Notes: a model not told the origin generated them from the sequence alone. A DNA stretch of 64,000 bases from an uncultured Verrucomicrobiae bacterium (GCA_963706955.1 CAVPOC010000012.1:1-64000), one strand, 5' to 3'. Counted from the stretch's first letter, positions 20,536-30,885 are shown. Numbers and translations are program-made.

Positions 20536-20550
20536 CTAAGCGGAGTTACG

Positions 20551-20736
20551 CTAGTAAACGGTTCGCTCCACCGTTGTCGAGGGGGCGGGAACGATCGTCG
20601 AGGAGCGAGTCTCCGTGGTCGTGACGGTTGTGATGGGCTCTGTCTCTCGCTTCACAGTTATGCAGCCCGTCAGGCACATCAAAACTCCAACAATAATCAA
20701 GTGACGCAGCCGAGGTCCGAAATCTGTATGCTTCAT
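20551..20736 (-). CDS. Small Thr-rich lipoprotein
   Basis: Hydrophobic stretch, lipobox LTGC, then a T/E-rich tail; 61 aa. Confidence 0.65.
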   Translation of the reverse strand: MKHTDFGPRLRHLIIVGVLMCLTGCITVKRETEPITTVTTTETRSSTIVPAPSTTVERTVY

Positions 20737-20770
20737 TCTTCTAAGCTTCCCTCGAAGTTCGTTCTGGAAT

Positions 20771-21688
20771 CTATTGGCGATGGTCATAAACAGGTGACTG
20801 CTGCGTTTCGGATCCTGGTTTACTTGCTGTCTCCAGTGGTTTGATATCGACGCTAACCTCCATCGTCAGGTAGCTGCCGCTCGAGCCAGAGTAATAGCCA
20901 CTGACCGGCATTACCCCGCGCGGATGCGAACTGACACCGCAGACAATGTGTTTTTCTGAGGTTCCCTCACCGAGGCTGGGGTCGCAGCCAAACCAACCAT
21001 GCTCGGGAAAATAGACCTCCGCCCAAGCATGCGTGACGGCCTGACCCGCGCGGGAGGCGCTACCGTCCAAGTAGCCACTGGCAAAGCGGGCCGCTAGCCG
21101 CAAAGCTCTGGCGGTCTCGAGCAACAAGGTTGCCATGTCCCGACAGGAGCCGCTGCCCAGTCGCAAAGTCTCAAGTGAGCTTTGCACCCCACGATCTTCT
21201 CGCCGGCGATAGCGGACGGACCGGTGAATCCATTCATTGATCCTTTCCACAAGGAGAACGGCATCGTCGCCGGAATTGGGGGCAAAGGTTGCTTCCGCCC
21301 ACTCGCGGAGTTCCTCGGTCTCGGTGCGGTAAACCGAATCTAAATAACCTCCCGCAACCGACGCTTCGATCTCCGAATACCGCACGGGAAACTTTATGGG
21401 CAGAACATCCAACAGGCGACGGTGCGAAGTGTGATCACGGCGGCAAACAACCGCTTCGCTGGAGAACTCCAGCAGATCGGCCGGTTCGGAAAATGACGCC
21501 AATGCAATCGAGTTGCCGAAGATGTCTCGGTGCCAGCTCACGGCGGCAGCCGGGCTCACTTTGAGCGAAAGATTTTCGACCTGGAGATCGTGGCCCTCGC
21601 GGGGCCGGATCACCAAGCGATGGATCCCAAACGACACCGGTTCCGAGTAACGGTAAGCGGTCGTATGAGAAATACGAATCCGAATCAT
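20771..21688 (-). CDS. Transglutaminase-like family protein
   Basis: N-terminal IRISHTTAYRYSEPV; catalytic GSCRDMA, HAWAEVY, GWFGCDP. Confidence 0.92.
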   Translation of the reverse strand: MIRIRISHTTAYRYSEPVSFGIHRLVIRPREGHDLQVENLSLKVSPAAAVSWHRDIFGNSIALASFSEPADLLEFSSEAVVCRRDHTSHRRLLDVLPIKFPVRYSEIEASVAGGYLDSVYRTETEELREWAEATFAPNSGDDAVLLVERINEWIHRSVRYRRREDRGVQSSLETLRLGSGSCRDMATLLLETARALRLAARFASGYLDGSASRAGQAVTHAWAEVYFPEHGWFGCDPSLGEGTSEKHIVCGVSSHPRGVMPVSGYYSGSSGSYLTMEVSVDIKPLETASKPGSETQQSPVYDHRQ

Positions 21689-21816
21689 TGATACTTGATC
21701 AAGGGAGATGGCGAATTGTTCAATCAATTTCCAACCCCTCCGGAAATTTTTGCAAGAATCCCCGCCGCGGCCTTACCTTGTTCCGACCGCGCGATCTGAT
21801 CAATGACCGACGGCGG

Positions 21817-21969
21817 CTAGATTCTTCCGAGCAGAACAAGAATTAAGAGAATCACCAGGATCAGTCCCAGTGCACCACTTGGATAATAGCCCCAGCCGCT
21901 GCTGTAAGGCCACGATGGTAATGCACCAATCAGGAGAATAATCAGTATTATCAACAATAGAAGGCTCAT
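21817..21969 (-). CDS. DUF3309-family small membrane protein
   Basis: 50 aa, LLIGALPSWPYSSGWGYYPSG signature. Confidence 0.88.
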   Translation of the reverse strand: MSLLLLIILIILLIGALPSWPYSSGWGYYPSGALGLILVILLILVLLGRI

Positions 21970-22045
21970 AGGAATCGGATCTCTATCGTTACTTCGCAGA
22001 CGGGATCTTGCCTGAGCGTATGAATGTGCGGCGCATGCCGCATCG

Positions 22046-22264
22046 CTACAGCGACCCCTTGCGGGCTGATGCGATGACGATGCCCGCCCCGGCAAGGAGA
22101 ACAACCACACCAATGATAGGCGAAACGGGAATACGTTCCTTCTTTTCCGCCACTGCCTCTATCGGGCCGATATCCAACACCTTCTCTTGCTTGGTGAAAG
22201 TAATGTAGGGAAGAGCCAGCGTTAGGAGTCCAATGCAGATTAGAACAATTCCGACGATGCGCAT
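22046..22264 (-). CDS. Small two-TM membrane protein (DUF3185-like)
   Basis: 72 aa, TM-TKQEKVLDIGPIE-TM. Confidence 0.8.
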   Translation of the reverse strand: MRIVGIVLICIGLLTLALPYITFTKQEKVLDIGPIEAVAEKKERIPVSPIIGVVVLLAGAGIVIASARKGSL

Positions 22265-22417
22265 AATTGATAGTTTCCGAAGATCGGCTACCTAAAGGCT
22301 CCCGCGCGTATTTCGCAACGCAAATTTTCCACTTACTGAATTGCCAGTCAGGGAAGACCTGAAGCTATCAGCTTCATTCTTTTGCGAACCCGTAGTGTGA
22401 TTTATAAGGATTCGGAA

Positions 22418-22765
22418 ATGCGCCAGCAGTGGATGAGACTTGTCCACAACAAACTTATCCCGCTCAGGTTGCTGATCCCGATAGGACCGGGCATCCATGA
22501 GTGGTCACGCACCTATCGAGACCTGATCTTTGAGATGGCATTTTTCATGGGCCGCTCTGGAGGTGAAGTGACGCTCGAGGAGGTTCGTAAATTCATCGGT
22601 CGCCGGCCGAGAAACGACATCGTCGCGAGCTTCTCGGAATCTGAGATCGGCGTGCTCATGCGAAAATCGGTCGAGTATAATCTTCCGGTGCACAGGTCTT
22701 CTCCAGTGCGCGCAAACTCTCAAGCCACTCGCTTCCAAAAAGAGGAGGCTCCGCTCTCGATCTGA
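22418..22765 (+). CDS. Hypothetical protein
   Basis: ORF filling the gap upstream of an ECF sigma gene; no motif recognised; start uncertain. Confidence 0.4.
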   Translation: MRQQWMRLVHNKLIPLRLLIPIGPGIHEWSRTYRDLIFEMAFFMGRSGGEVTLEEVRKFIGRRPRNDIVASFSESEIGVLMRKSVEYNLPVHRSSPVRANSQATRFQKEEAPLSI

Positions 22766-22904
22766 ACAGCCAGTAGAGAAAACCCCGAGGCGGAGGTCGG
22801 GGGTCATGCGGATATGTAAGATTTTCACTGATATTTCAATCGCTAAGGGCACCGATTGGGGAATGTGAGGCCGTCAGCTAGCGTTAGTCGAAACCAGATC
22901 GACT

Positions 22905-23504
22905 ATGGAAATGACACTTGATCGTGATTCAATGCAGGACGACCAGCAGCTGATGGATGGGATTCTGCACAAATGGCCCGATGCTCTTGACCGCCTCTAC
23001 AAGCGCTACCGGGTAGTCTTGAAGTCAATCATCATGCAAGTGCTCCACGATGAAACCGAGGCCGACGACGTGTTGCAGGAAGTTTTCCTGCAAGTATGGA
23101 ACCGCGCGCCAAGCTATTCTTCCGGTAAGGGAAAGCTTATGAGCTGGCTCTGCACGCTGGCGCGCCGCCGCGCGATTGACCGTCTTAGACAGCACGCCGC
23201 GTATCGCCGCGCTACCGACCGTTACGAAGTGTCCTGCAAACACTTCGAGAAGGGTTTTGATGAATCGCACAGCGTCGAGCGAGAAGCCTTTCGCGATGAC
23301 CTGCGCTCCTTGCTTCGTCACCATCTCGAGACGCTGCCGGTCAATCAACAGGAAGTTATCCGGTTGGCCTTTTTCCAAGAGAAAAGTCAGCGCGAAATCT
23401 CTGCGCTAACCAAGATCCCCCTAGGCACCGTGAAGACGAGAATTGAGCTTGGGATCAAGAAATTGTCCCACTCATTGGGAGGTTTGCGAGAGAAAGTCGT
23501 TTAG
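22905..23504 (+). CDS. ECF RNA polymerase sigma factor (SigK-like)
   Basis: Region 2 ADDVLQEVFLQVW...WLCTLARRRAIDRLR; region 4 SQREIS...IPLGTVKTRI. Confidence 0.93.
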   Translation: MEMTLDRDSMQDDQQLMDGILHKWPDALDRLYKRYRVVLKSIIMQVLHDETEADDVLQEVFLQVWNRAPSYSSGKGKLMSWLCTLARRRAIDRLRQHAAYRRATDRYEVSCKHFEKGFDESHSVEREAFRDDLRSLLRHHLETLPVNQQEVIRLAFFQEKSQREISALTKIPLGTVKTRIELGIKKLSHSLGGLREKVV

Positions 23505-23529
23505 CCAATTCTCGCACTGCGCCTGACAG

Positions 23530-24582
23530 CTATTCGAGCTTCAGGTTCTCGGGGAGAGGGCCGGGCGCGAGGACATGAAGCTCGGACAGGCCGTCGCGCG
23601 GGCTATCGGTGCCATCCGCGATCGGGTGCTTGGCCGGACGCACCTCGACCGACATCTCTTGTCCCTCACGTTGAATGGTGATGGGCACTCGGTCGCCAGC
23701 TGTGAGGAAGAACGATGCATCAATGACATCTTCGGCGGTTGCGATGTTCACGCCGCCAATCTTCGAAACGACATCTCCCTCTTTCAATCCTGCTTCGGCC
23801 GCCGGTGACGCCGATCCCAGCTCAGCGATTCGAACGCGCGACCCTTGGCCAGGAACATGTTCATCCACTACGTCTGCGCCGACCCACCCATATCTTGGTT
23901 CACCAAACCGGATGTAGTCCATCCGAAGCTTCTCGGCCGCCTCGATTGGCAGAGCGTAGCAGGCGCCGCCGCCTTCGATTCCCGAGATGATGATTCCGAC
24001 GACCTCGCCTCTCAGGTTCATCAAGGGTGCCCCCCCAAACCCGGGTTCAACGGAGACAACGGCCCGGATGTGCGTGGTCATGAAATATCTGCCGAGAAAC
24101 TGGCGGTCGAATCCAGCCACAATTCCAAAACTGGGTGTGGCCGCGAGGTCCACCGGAAAGCCGATCGCCAGCACTGGAGTGGCCAGTGAAAGTCCCTTGG
24201 AATTGCCCACCGGTATAAAGGGAGAATTATAATCGACCTTAACCAGCGCGATACCACTGCGGGCATCAGCGAGCAGAAGCTTTGCAGGGATGCGGCGATC
24301 GCCGTGGATCACAAGAATCTCGTCGGCGTTCGCAACGATGTAGGAAAGCGTGTAAATTGTGCCGGCTGGATCGGCAAAAAAACCAGTCCCACTAAGTTTC
24401 CCGTGACGGTCGTATGCTTCGACCCGAACAGTCGATGCACGTCGCTCATCGAAGAGCCGTCGAACCTCGGAAGAGATTTTCTCACCAAGGTTGTCTTCTG
24501 CCCGACTCGCGACCGTCACGAGCAGGAGAAGGAGAACGCCAAGCTTTCCGCCCAGAGCGCTAGAAACTGAGCGGCTGCTCAT
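23530..24582 (-). CDS. HtrA/DegS-like trypsin-PDZ protein lacking the catalytic triad
   Basis: Signal/TM segment, GTGF, AIGFP, LMNLRGEVVGI, PDZ SPAAEAGLKEGDVV; His, Asp and Ser positions substituted. Confidence 0.88.
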   Translation of the reverse strand: MSSRSVSSALGGKLGVLLLLLVTVASRAEDNLGEKISSEVRRLFDERRASTVRVEAYDRHGKLSGTGFFADPAGTIYTLSYIVANADEILVIHGDRRIPAKLLLADARSGIALVKVDYNSPFIPVGNSKGLSLATPVLAIGFPVDLAATPSFGIVAGFDRQFLGRYFMTTHIRAVVSVEPGFGGAPLMNLRGEVVGIIISGIEGGGACYALPIEAAEKLRMDYIRFGEPRYGWVGADVVDEHVPGQGSRVRIAELGSASPAAEAGLKEGDVVSKIGGVNIATAEDVIDASFFLTAGDRVPITIQREGQEMSVEVRPAKHPIADGTDSPRDGLSELHVLAPGPLPENLKLE

Positions 24583-24988
24583 TGCTCACGGGCCTGGACT
24601 GAAGCACATAGTGTGATGGCAGCGACCCGCCGGTTTGTGCGGAGACCGGAAGCGTATCAGTGATTGTGACGGGTTTGGAGGCAGTAAGTGAGAATGAGGT
24701 CCGGGAACCATCTGCCGGCGCAAGTGTTCCCGAAGGCTGCTGAGTAACGATCAGCGCCGAGGCGACCGCAGCCAGCATGAGAATCACCGCATAGGCAAAC
24801 TGAGGAACTCGAAAGGTCGGCGCGATTGAAACAATCCGCTCCCAGAGTATCGCCCAGCCGGGACGTCGAAGAGCCTCGACGCGCTGGCGCCTTTGGAACT
24901 CCCGAAGAAAGTCATCAAAGTAAGCAGGAGGGGGCGTTTCGTAGCGCTTTAATCGCAGCAACTTTGAGACGTTCGGGTCTTCGTCCAT
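24560..24988 (-). CDS. Putative anti-sigma factor (single TM)
   Basis: Directly downstream of an ECF sigma; N-terminal LLRLKRYETPPPAYFDDF and one TM helix. Confidence 0.65.
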   Translation of the reverse strand: MDEDPNVSKLLRLKRYETPPPAYFDDFLREFQRRQRVEALRRPGWAILWERIVSIAPTFRVPQFAYAVILMLAAVASALIVTQQPSGTLAPADGSRTSFSLTASKPVTITDTLPVSAQTGGSLPSHYVLQSRPVSNEQPLSF

Positions 24989-24997
24989 ACCTTTGAG

Positions 24998-25585
24998 TCA
25001 GTGTTTGATAAACTCTTCGAGATAATTTTGCAACTGGCGGTGCGCATAAAATAACCTCGATCTGACGGTGCCTTCGGAAATCCCAAGGATCTTGGCGATT
25101 TCGGCGTGGGGCATTCCTTGAATGTCAAACATGGTAACGACCGCTCTATGTTCATGAGACAGCTTCTGCAATGCCTCGTTCAATCTTTGTTGCAGTTCGG
25201 AAATATTCGCATCCTGCCGCGGATCGCCTCCGGTGGTGGCTTCGATGAAGTCGGGATCGTTCTGCACGCCGGCATCCATGTCATCGAGGCTCATCGCATG
25301 TCGTCGGCCACGTTTTTTGACAAAGTTGATCGTCATGTTAACAGCGATGGAATGTATCCAGGTATAAAAGCTCGATTTACCTCGAAAGCCGCTGATTGAA
25401 CGATAGGCTTTGGCGAAGACTTCCTGGAGGAGATCGTTGGTATCTTCATGGTTGGAAGTCATATTGTAGATAAGCCCATAGAGCCTCGGACTGTATCGAA
25501 CCACCAGTTCATCAAATGCCTCCGGGTCTCCGCCCTGAGTGCGGGCGACCAAATCGTCGTCGTGTGGTTCCGGAGCTTCGTCCAT
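24998..25585 (-). CDS. ECF sigma factor (RpoE/SigW-like)
   Basis: LVAR..GDPEAFDELV, FRGKSSFYTWI, EIAKILGISEGTVRSRLFYA. Confidence 0.95.
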   Translation of the reverse strand: MDEAPEPHDDDLVARTQGGDPEAFDELVVRYSPRLYGLIYNMTSNHEDTNDLLQEVFAKAYRSISGFRGKSSFYTWIHSIAVNMTINFVKKRGRRHAMSLDDMDAGVQNDPDFIEATTGGDPRQDANISELQQRLNEALQKLSHEHRAVVTMFDIQGMPHAEIAKILGISEGTVRSRLFYAHRQLQNYLEEFIKH

Positions 25586-25686
25586 GCAGCGAAAAGCGCG
25601 ACAGGATACCAGAGATGGCCCGGTTTGCCACTAGCTGATTAGGGTGGGCAAGTCTTCACGCCATGGAAGTGCGGTCCGTATCCTCA

Positions 25687-26640
25687 TCAAGCGGGGCGAC
25701 CCTCGGCTGCTTGGGGCAAGGGAGATTGAAGTTGCTTAAGACGCTCGTAGAGCAGCTGGAGGTGCGGAAGCGATAGTCCGATTTTGTTCGCGCGACGTAG
25801 GGGTTCTCCCCACATTGCCTCGATTTCCAATTCCCTTCCCGCGAGCCAATCGACAAGCGTCGAGGGCTGATAGGCTCCCATTGGATAGGTCCGCTCAATT
25901 TGCAGGTCGGCGTATTGTCGCTCGATCGGATAACCAAGGGCGGTTGCCGCGGTGATCGTCTCGTCCATCAACGCGCGGCAGCGTATTTTGAGCCCTGGGT
26001 CTCCGAGTATCTTGTCTACCGTAAGGCCGCCTTCCGTCACGGCCAGCCCGTTAAACGGAATATTCCAGACGAGCTTGCGCCAGCGTTCGGTGGCCAAATC
26101 CTTTACCAACCGCGCGTCGATACCGCTCTCGCAGAATGCCTGGACGAGTGCACCTGTGCGGGCGAGGGGAGATCTGGCATATTCGCCGATGGAAAGCATC
26201 CCGTGACCAAAGTGGTCAACGCTGGCTGCCGTTCGTCGAGTGAGGCAAACAAAGCACAAGCCTCCCAACACGCGCTCGGCTCCGCAAAACGCTGCCAGCA
26301 GTTCTTCGTTGCCGAGGCCGTTCTGCAGCGTGAGCAAAATGGTCCCGTCGTGGAGAAGGGGCGGAACCAATCTCTCGAGAGCACCGTTCGAAGTCGTCTT
26401 TAGCGCCACGATGACAACGTCGCACTGGCCAATTTCACGAACATCGCGAAATATCTTCGGCCGATCGAGGTGAACCTCTTCGCTGTTGACGCTAAAGATG
26501 GATATCCCGTGCTGACTCGCTTCATCGAAGCCGGAGCGGAGTAGAAAATGAACATCCACCCCCTCGGCAGCCAGCTTCCCGCCGTAATAAAGACCGACCG
26601 ATCCCGAACCGATGACGGCGACTTTGCCGACGGCTGACAC
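25687..26640 (-). CDS. panE: 2-dehydropantoate 2-reductase family protein
   Basis: GSGSVG, LQNGLG, WRKLVWN, PSTLVD...ELEIE. Confidence 0.88.
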   Translation of the reverse strand: MSAVGKVAVIGSGSVGLYYGGKLAAEGVDVHFLLRSGFDEASQHGISIFSVNSEEVHLDRPKIFRDVREIGQCDVVIVALKTTSNGALERLVPPLLHDGTILLTLQNGLGNEELLAAFCGAERVLGGLCFVCLTRRTAASVDHFGHGMLSIGEYARSPLARTGALVQAFCESGIDARLVKDLATERWRKLVWNIPFNGLAVTEGGLTVDKILGDPGLKIRCRALMDETITAATALGYPIERQYADLQIERTYPMGAYQPSTLVDWLAGRELEIEAMWGEPLRRANKIGLSLPHLQLLYERLKQLQSPLPQAAEGRPA

Positions 26641-26783
26641 AAACTAACTCTTAAGTTGAACGCGCTTCCGACAGACAGGCTTCGAAACCCCTCTCAAGCT
26701 CTGCTCTTTCGGTCGCTGGATAGCCGGTATCAGCCAGGTTGGAGATGCGAGACCAGCCTTCCGCAAATTCACTTGCGCTGCTG

Positions 26784-28136
26784 CTAATCGGGTGCACCAG
26801 CGCCTTTTTCTTTCAGCACGCCCTCCTTGCCGACCTTTCCGGTGATGAGCCGAGCACCCTTTGCGTAGTTAACGTGTGCCCAAGCCCACTGCCAAAAGAC
26901 GAAAACGCGGTTTCGGAAACCGATCAGAAATATCAGGTGAACGAAAACCCAGGCCAGCCAGGCCAGGTGTCCGCTAAACTTCATTCCAGCCACGCTGGCA
27001 ACCGCCTTGTAGCGCCCGATCGTGGCCATGCTTCCCTTGTCAAGATAGTTCCATTGCAGTGGCGGTTCACCTCGAAGCTGGCGCTCGATATTCTTGGCGG
27101 CATGGCGTCCAGCCTGCATAGCCGCGGGACTCACTCCTGGCACAGGCTTGCCGCCGTCATAGCTGGTGGCTATCATGTCGCCGATCGCTTGGATTTCTGG
27201 ACGGCCCTGGATGGTCAGGTCCGGGTTCACTTTGACACGGCCCTGGCGATCAGTCTCCCCACCGAGCATTGCGGCCAGCGGTGAAGCTTTATTTCCAGCC
27301 GCCCAGATCACCGTGCGTGCCTTGATGACCTGCTGATTAACGTCCACTTCGCCCTCTGCCAGGCGGGTCACTGCGCTGTTCAAGAGGACTTCGACGTGAA
27401 GTTCCTTAAGCTGCCGAAGCGCACTTTCGGAAAGCTCTGGGTCAAAGGGAGGAAGGACCCGCGGAGCGGCCTCTACCAGGATGACACGAGCCGATGTTGG
27501 ATCGATGTGGCGAAAGTCGCTCCGAAGGGTGAAACGTGCGAGTTCGGAAATTGCCCCGGCCATTTCGACTCCCGTCGGACCCGCCCCCACGATCACGAAG
27601 GTCAAAGCTTGCCTGCGCTCTTCATCATTACTGGCCTTTTCAGCGACCTCGAAGGCCAGGAGCACGCGGCGCCGGATCTCGAGAGCATCTTTAATGCTTT
27701 TGAGACCGGGCGCTTGATCTTCCCACTGGTCATTGCCGAAATAATGGTGACGCGCCCCCGCCGCCACAATCAGGTAGTCGTATTTAAACGTGAGGTCTTC
27801 CGTAATCACCTCGCGGATCTCCGGATTGATTTGTTTGACCTCGTCAAGAACGACTCGGACGTTGGGTTGGTTGCGAAGAATGCCGCGGATCGGCTGGGCG
27901 ATATCGGCAGGCGACAATTCGGCAGTGGCTACCTGATAAAGAAGGGGTTGGAAAAGATGATGATTGCTCCTGTCGACAAGGATGACTTTGACGGGAGCAT
28001 TGGCCAGCGCCTTGGCGGCACTGAGCCCCGCAAAGCCTCCTCCAATGATGACAACCACGGGCAGGCTTGCTTTTTCGTTCGAAGAGGAAACGGTAGGTAG
28101 GCTTGCTTTTTCGTTCGAAGAAGAAACAGTAGTCAT
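26784..28136 (-). CDS. ndh: Type II NADH dehydrogenase (NAD(P)/FAD-dependent oxidoreductase)
   Basis: GGGFAG, HLFQPLLYQVAT, GAGPTGVEMAG, DKGSMATIGR. Confidence 0.92.
   Translation of the reverse strand: MTTVSSSNEKASLPTVSSSNEKASLPVVVIIGGGFAGLSAAKALANAPVKVILVDRSNHHLFQPLLYQVATAELSPADIAQPIRGILRNQPNVRVVLDEVKQINPEIREVITEDLTFKYDYLIVAAGARHHYFGNDQWEDQAPGLKSIKDALEIRRRVLLAFEVAEKASNDEERRQALTFVIVGAGPTGVEMAGAISELARFTLRSDFRHIDPTSARVILVEAAPRVLPPFDPELSESALRQLKELHVEVLLNSAVTRLAEGEVDVNQQVIKARTVIWAAGNKASPLAAMLGGETDRQGRVKVNPDLTIQGRPEIQAIGDMIATSYDGGKPVPGVSPAAMQAGRHAAKNIERQLRGEPPLQWNYLDKGSMATIGRYKAVASVAGMKFSGHLAWLAWVFVHLIFLIGFRNRVFVFWQWAWAHVNYAKGARLITGKVGKEGVLKEKGAGAPD
28059..28130 (-). repeat. 36-bp tandem duplication in the ndh N-terminus
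   Basis: TVSSSNEKASLP twice; four nucleotide differences, all at third codon positions. Confidence 0.9.
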
Positions 28137-28206
28137 AGTTCGCGATCTTTTGAGAGTCTATGAGGTGGGGCAGGCGTCCAAACTAGAAGCGCAGCAAAAT
28201 CCAAAC

Positions 28207-29454
<1,248 letters not shown>

Positions 29455-29470
29455 CCGGGCAGGAGCTTGG

Positions 29471-29809
29471 CTACCCGGGCGGCCACTTCATTTGGCGCCC
29501 ACCGAGCACATGAACGTGAAGATGCGGCACGCTCTCGCCCGCATGCCAGCCCTGGTTCACAATGACGCGATACCCATTTTCCGCGATACCCTCCCGCTTA
29601 GCCACCTCTGCCGCCGTCAGCAGCAAGTGACCCAATAGAGTTTCATCGGCCTCGGTCGCCTCACCGAGCCGCGGAATAACTTTTTTGGGGATGACGAGAA
29701 CGTGAATCGGGGCTTGCGGGTTGATATCCCGAATCGCCACGCACCGGTCATCCTCGTGAATGATCTGCGCCGGAACCTCTCGGTTAACGATTTTTTCAAA
29801 CAGGGTCAT
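29471..29809 (-). CDS. HIT (histidine triad) nucleotide-binding protein
   Basis: DINPQAPIHVLVIPK, HLHVHVLGGR, terminal WPPG. Confidence 0.95.
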   Translation of the reverse strand: MTLFEKIVNREVPAQIIHEDDRCVAIRDINPQAPIHVLVIPKKVIPRLGEATEADETLLGHLLLTAAEVAKREGIAENGYRVIVNQGWHAGESVPHLHVHVLGGRQMKWPPG

Positions 29810-30363
29810 GACAATTGCATCTGCAACTCCGCGCCCGGTGAAGAGTCCACTTCGTTGCGCACGAAGTTGACGACTTCTTCAAGAAGCCCGGAGCAATCCC
29901 GGCGCCAGTTTTTGGCGGATCTCAGGAGCTTAATTCCGGAATGGGCATCACAAATTTCCAAGCGCTCGACCTTGGCCTCGAGAGCTTCGCGAAGACGCGA
30001 ACGAAGAAGATCAAAGAAGGCGAGTTCGTAGCCGCAGCCGGCGGCCCGCGCAAGGTCGACCAGTGAGATCCGCGTCGGAGGAGGAACAGCGCAAAAGTGA
30101 CCGGCGACGTCCGCATAGCCGATGACTTGAAGAACTGATTGCACCGCCTTTTCGAGACGTCCGATCGCGACAATACTTTCGGGGAAATCTTGTTCGAGAT
30201 AGCTGGTGACACTTTCGGTTACATGAGGGGCTAGCCACCACTTCTTGTATCCGGCGCGCTCCGCGGCGCGGGCCAGCGTTCCGGCAAGCCAGCCACGCTC
30301 GAATTGAATTACTTGGCCATCGCTAAACCGGACGAGGGGCAAGTTATTCGGAAGGCTGATCAT
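29806..30363 (-). CDS. Hypothetical protein with ATP-cone-like N-terminal domain
   Basis: ATGA overlaps with both nrdR and the HIT gene; V.FSDG...FE...L..AA...A..V...V..VL..IGYADVA pattern. Confidence 0.7.
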   Translation of the reverse strand: MISLPNNLPLVRFSDGQVIQFERGWLAGTLARAAERAGYKKWWLAPHVTESVTSYLEQDFPESIVAIGRLEKAVQSVLQVIGYADVAGHFCAVPPPTRISLVDLARAAGCGYELAFFDLLRSRLREALEAKVERLEICDAHSGIKLLRSAKNWRRDCSGLLEEVVNFVRNEVDSSPGAELQMQLS

Positions 30364-30854
30364 GCCTGGAAGAGTTCGGGTTGCGCAGAAGAGCGTGACG
30401 AGCGCTTTTCCTGATAGGTCTGGATTTCCTCGATGAAATCTCCAATCTCCTGAAATTGCCGGTAGACCGAAGCATAGCGAACATAGGCGATGGGATCGAT
30501 GGCGTGCAGCTTCTCCATGACCATAGCCCCGATCAAGCGCGTGGGGATTTCGCGCTTCTGTTGCGACTCGAGCTCGTGCAATAGCTCCTCAACCGCTCGC
30601 TCAATTTGTTCCATCCCGATGGGCCGCTTTTCACAAGCCTTGACCAGACTGGTGAGAAGCTTGTGCCGGTCTAAGGGCTCGTGTCGGCCGTCGCGCTTAA
30701 TCGCACGCAACTCGACCCGTTCAATTTCTTCGTAGGTTGTGTAGCGCGTCTCGCAGGCGAGGCACTCCCGCCGTCGACGAATACTATCGCCGTCTCTCGA
30801 TAGACGGGAGTCAATCACCTTATCTTGAAGGGAACCGCACTTAGGGCAACGCAT
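30360..30854 (-). CDS. nrdR: Transcriptional repressor NrdR
   Basis: MRCPKC...VIDSR...IRRRREC..C zinc ribbon, ATP cone, AYVRYASVY. Confidence 0.97.
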   Translation of the reverse strand: MRCPKCGSLQDKVIDSRLSRDGDSIRRRRECLACETRYTTYEEIERVELRAIKRDGRHEPLDRHKLLTSLVKACEKRPIGMEQIERAVEELLHELESQQKREIPTRLIGAMVMEKLHAIDPIAYVRYASVYRQFQEIGDFIEEIQTYQEKRSSRSSAQPELFQA

Positions 30855-30885
30855 TGTGGTGCCTTAACTCTTGGTTGCGAATTCA

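Noticed and set aside
20428..20844. 138-aa ORF starting inside the MITE
   Set aside because: Crosses the TIR and overlaps two minus-strand genes; no transposase motifs
27964..28206. N-terminal extension of NuoD with a GRLAFSFEEETV repeat
   Set aside because: This is the antisense reading of the ndh duplication; NuoD-like sequence begins after ATG 28207
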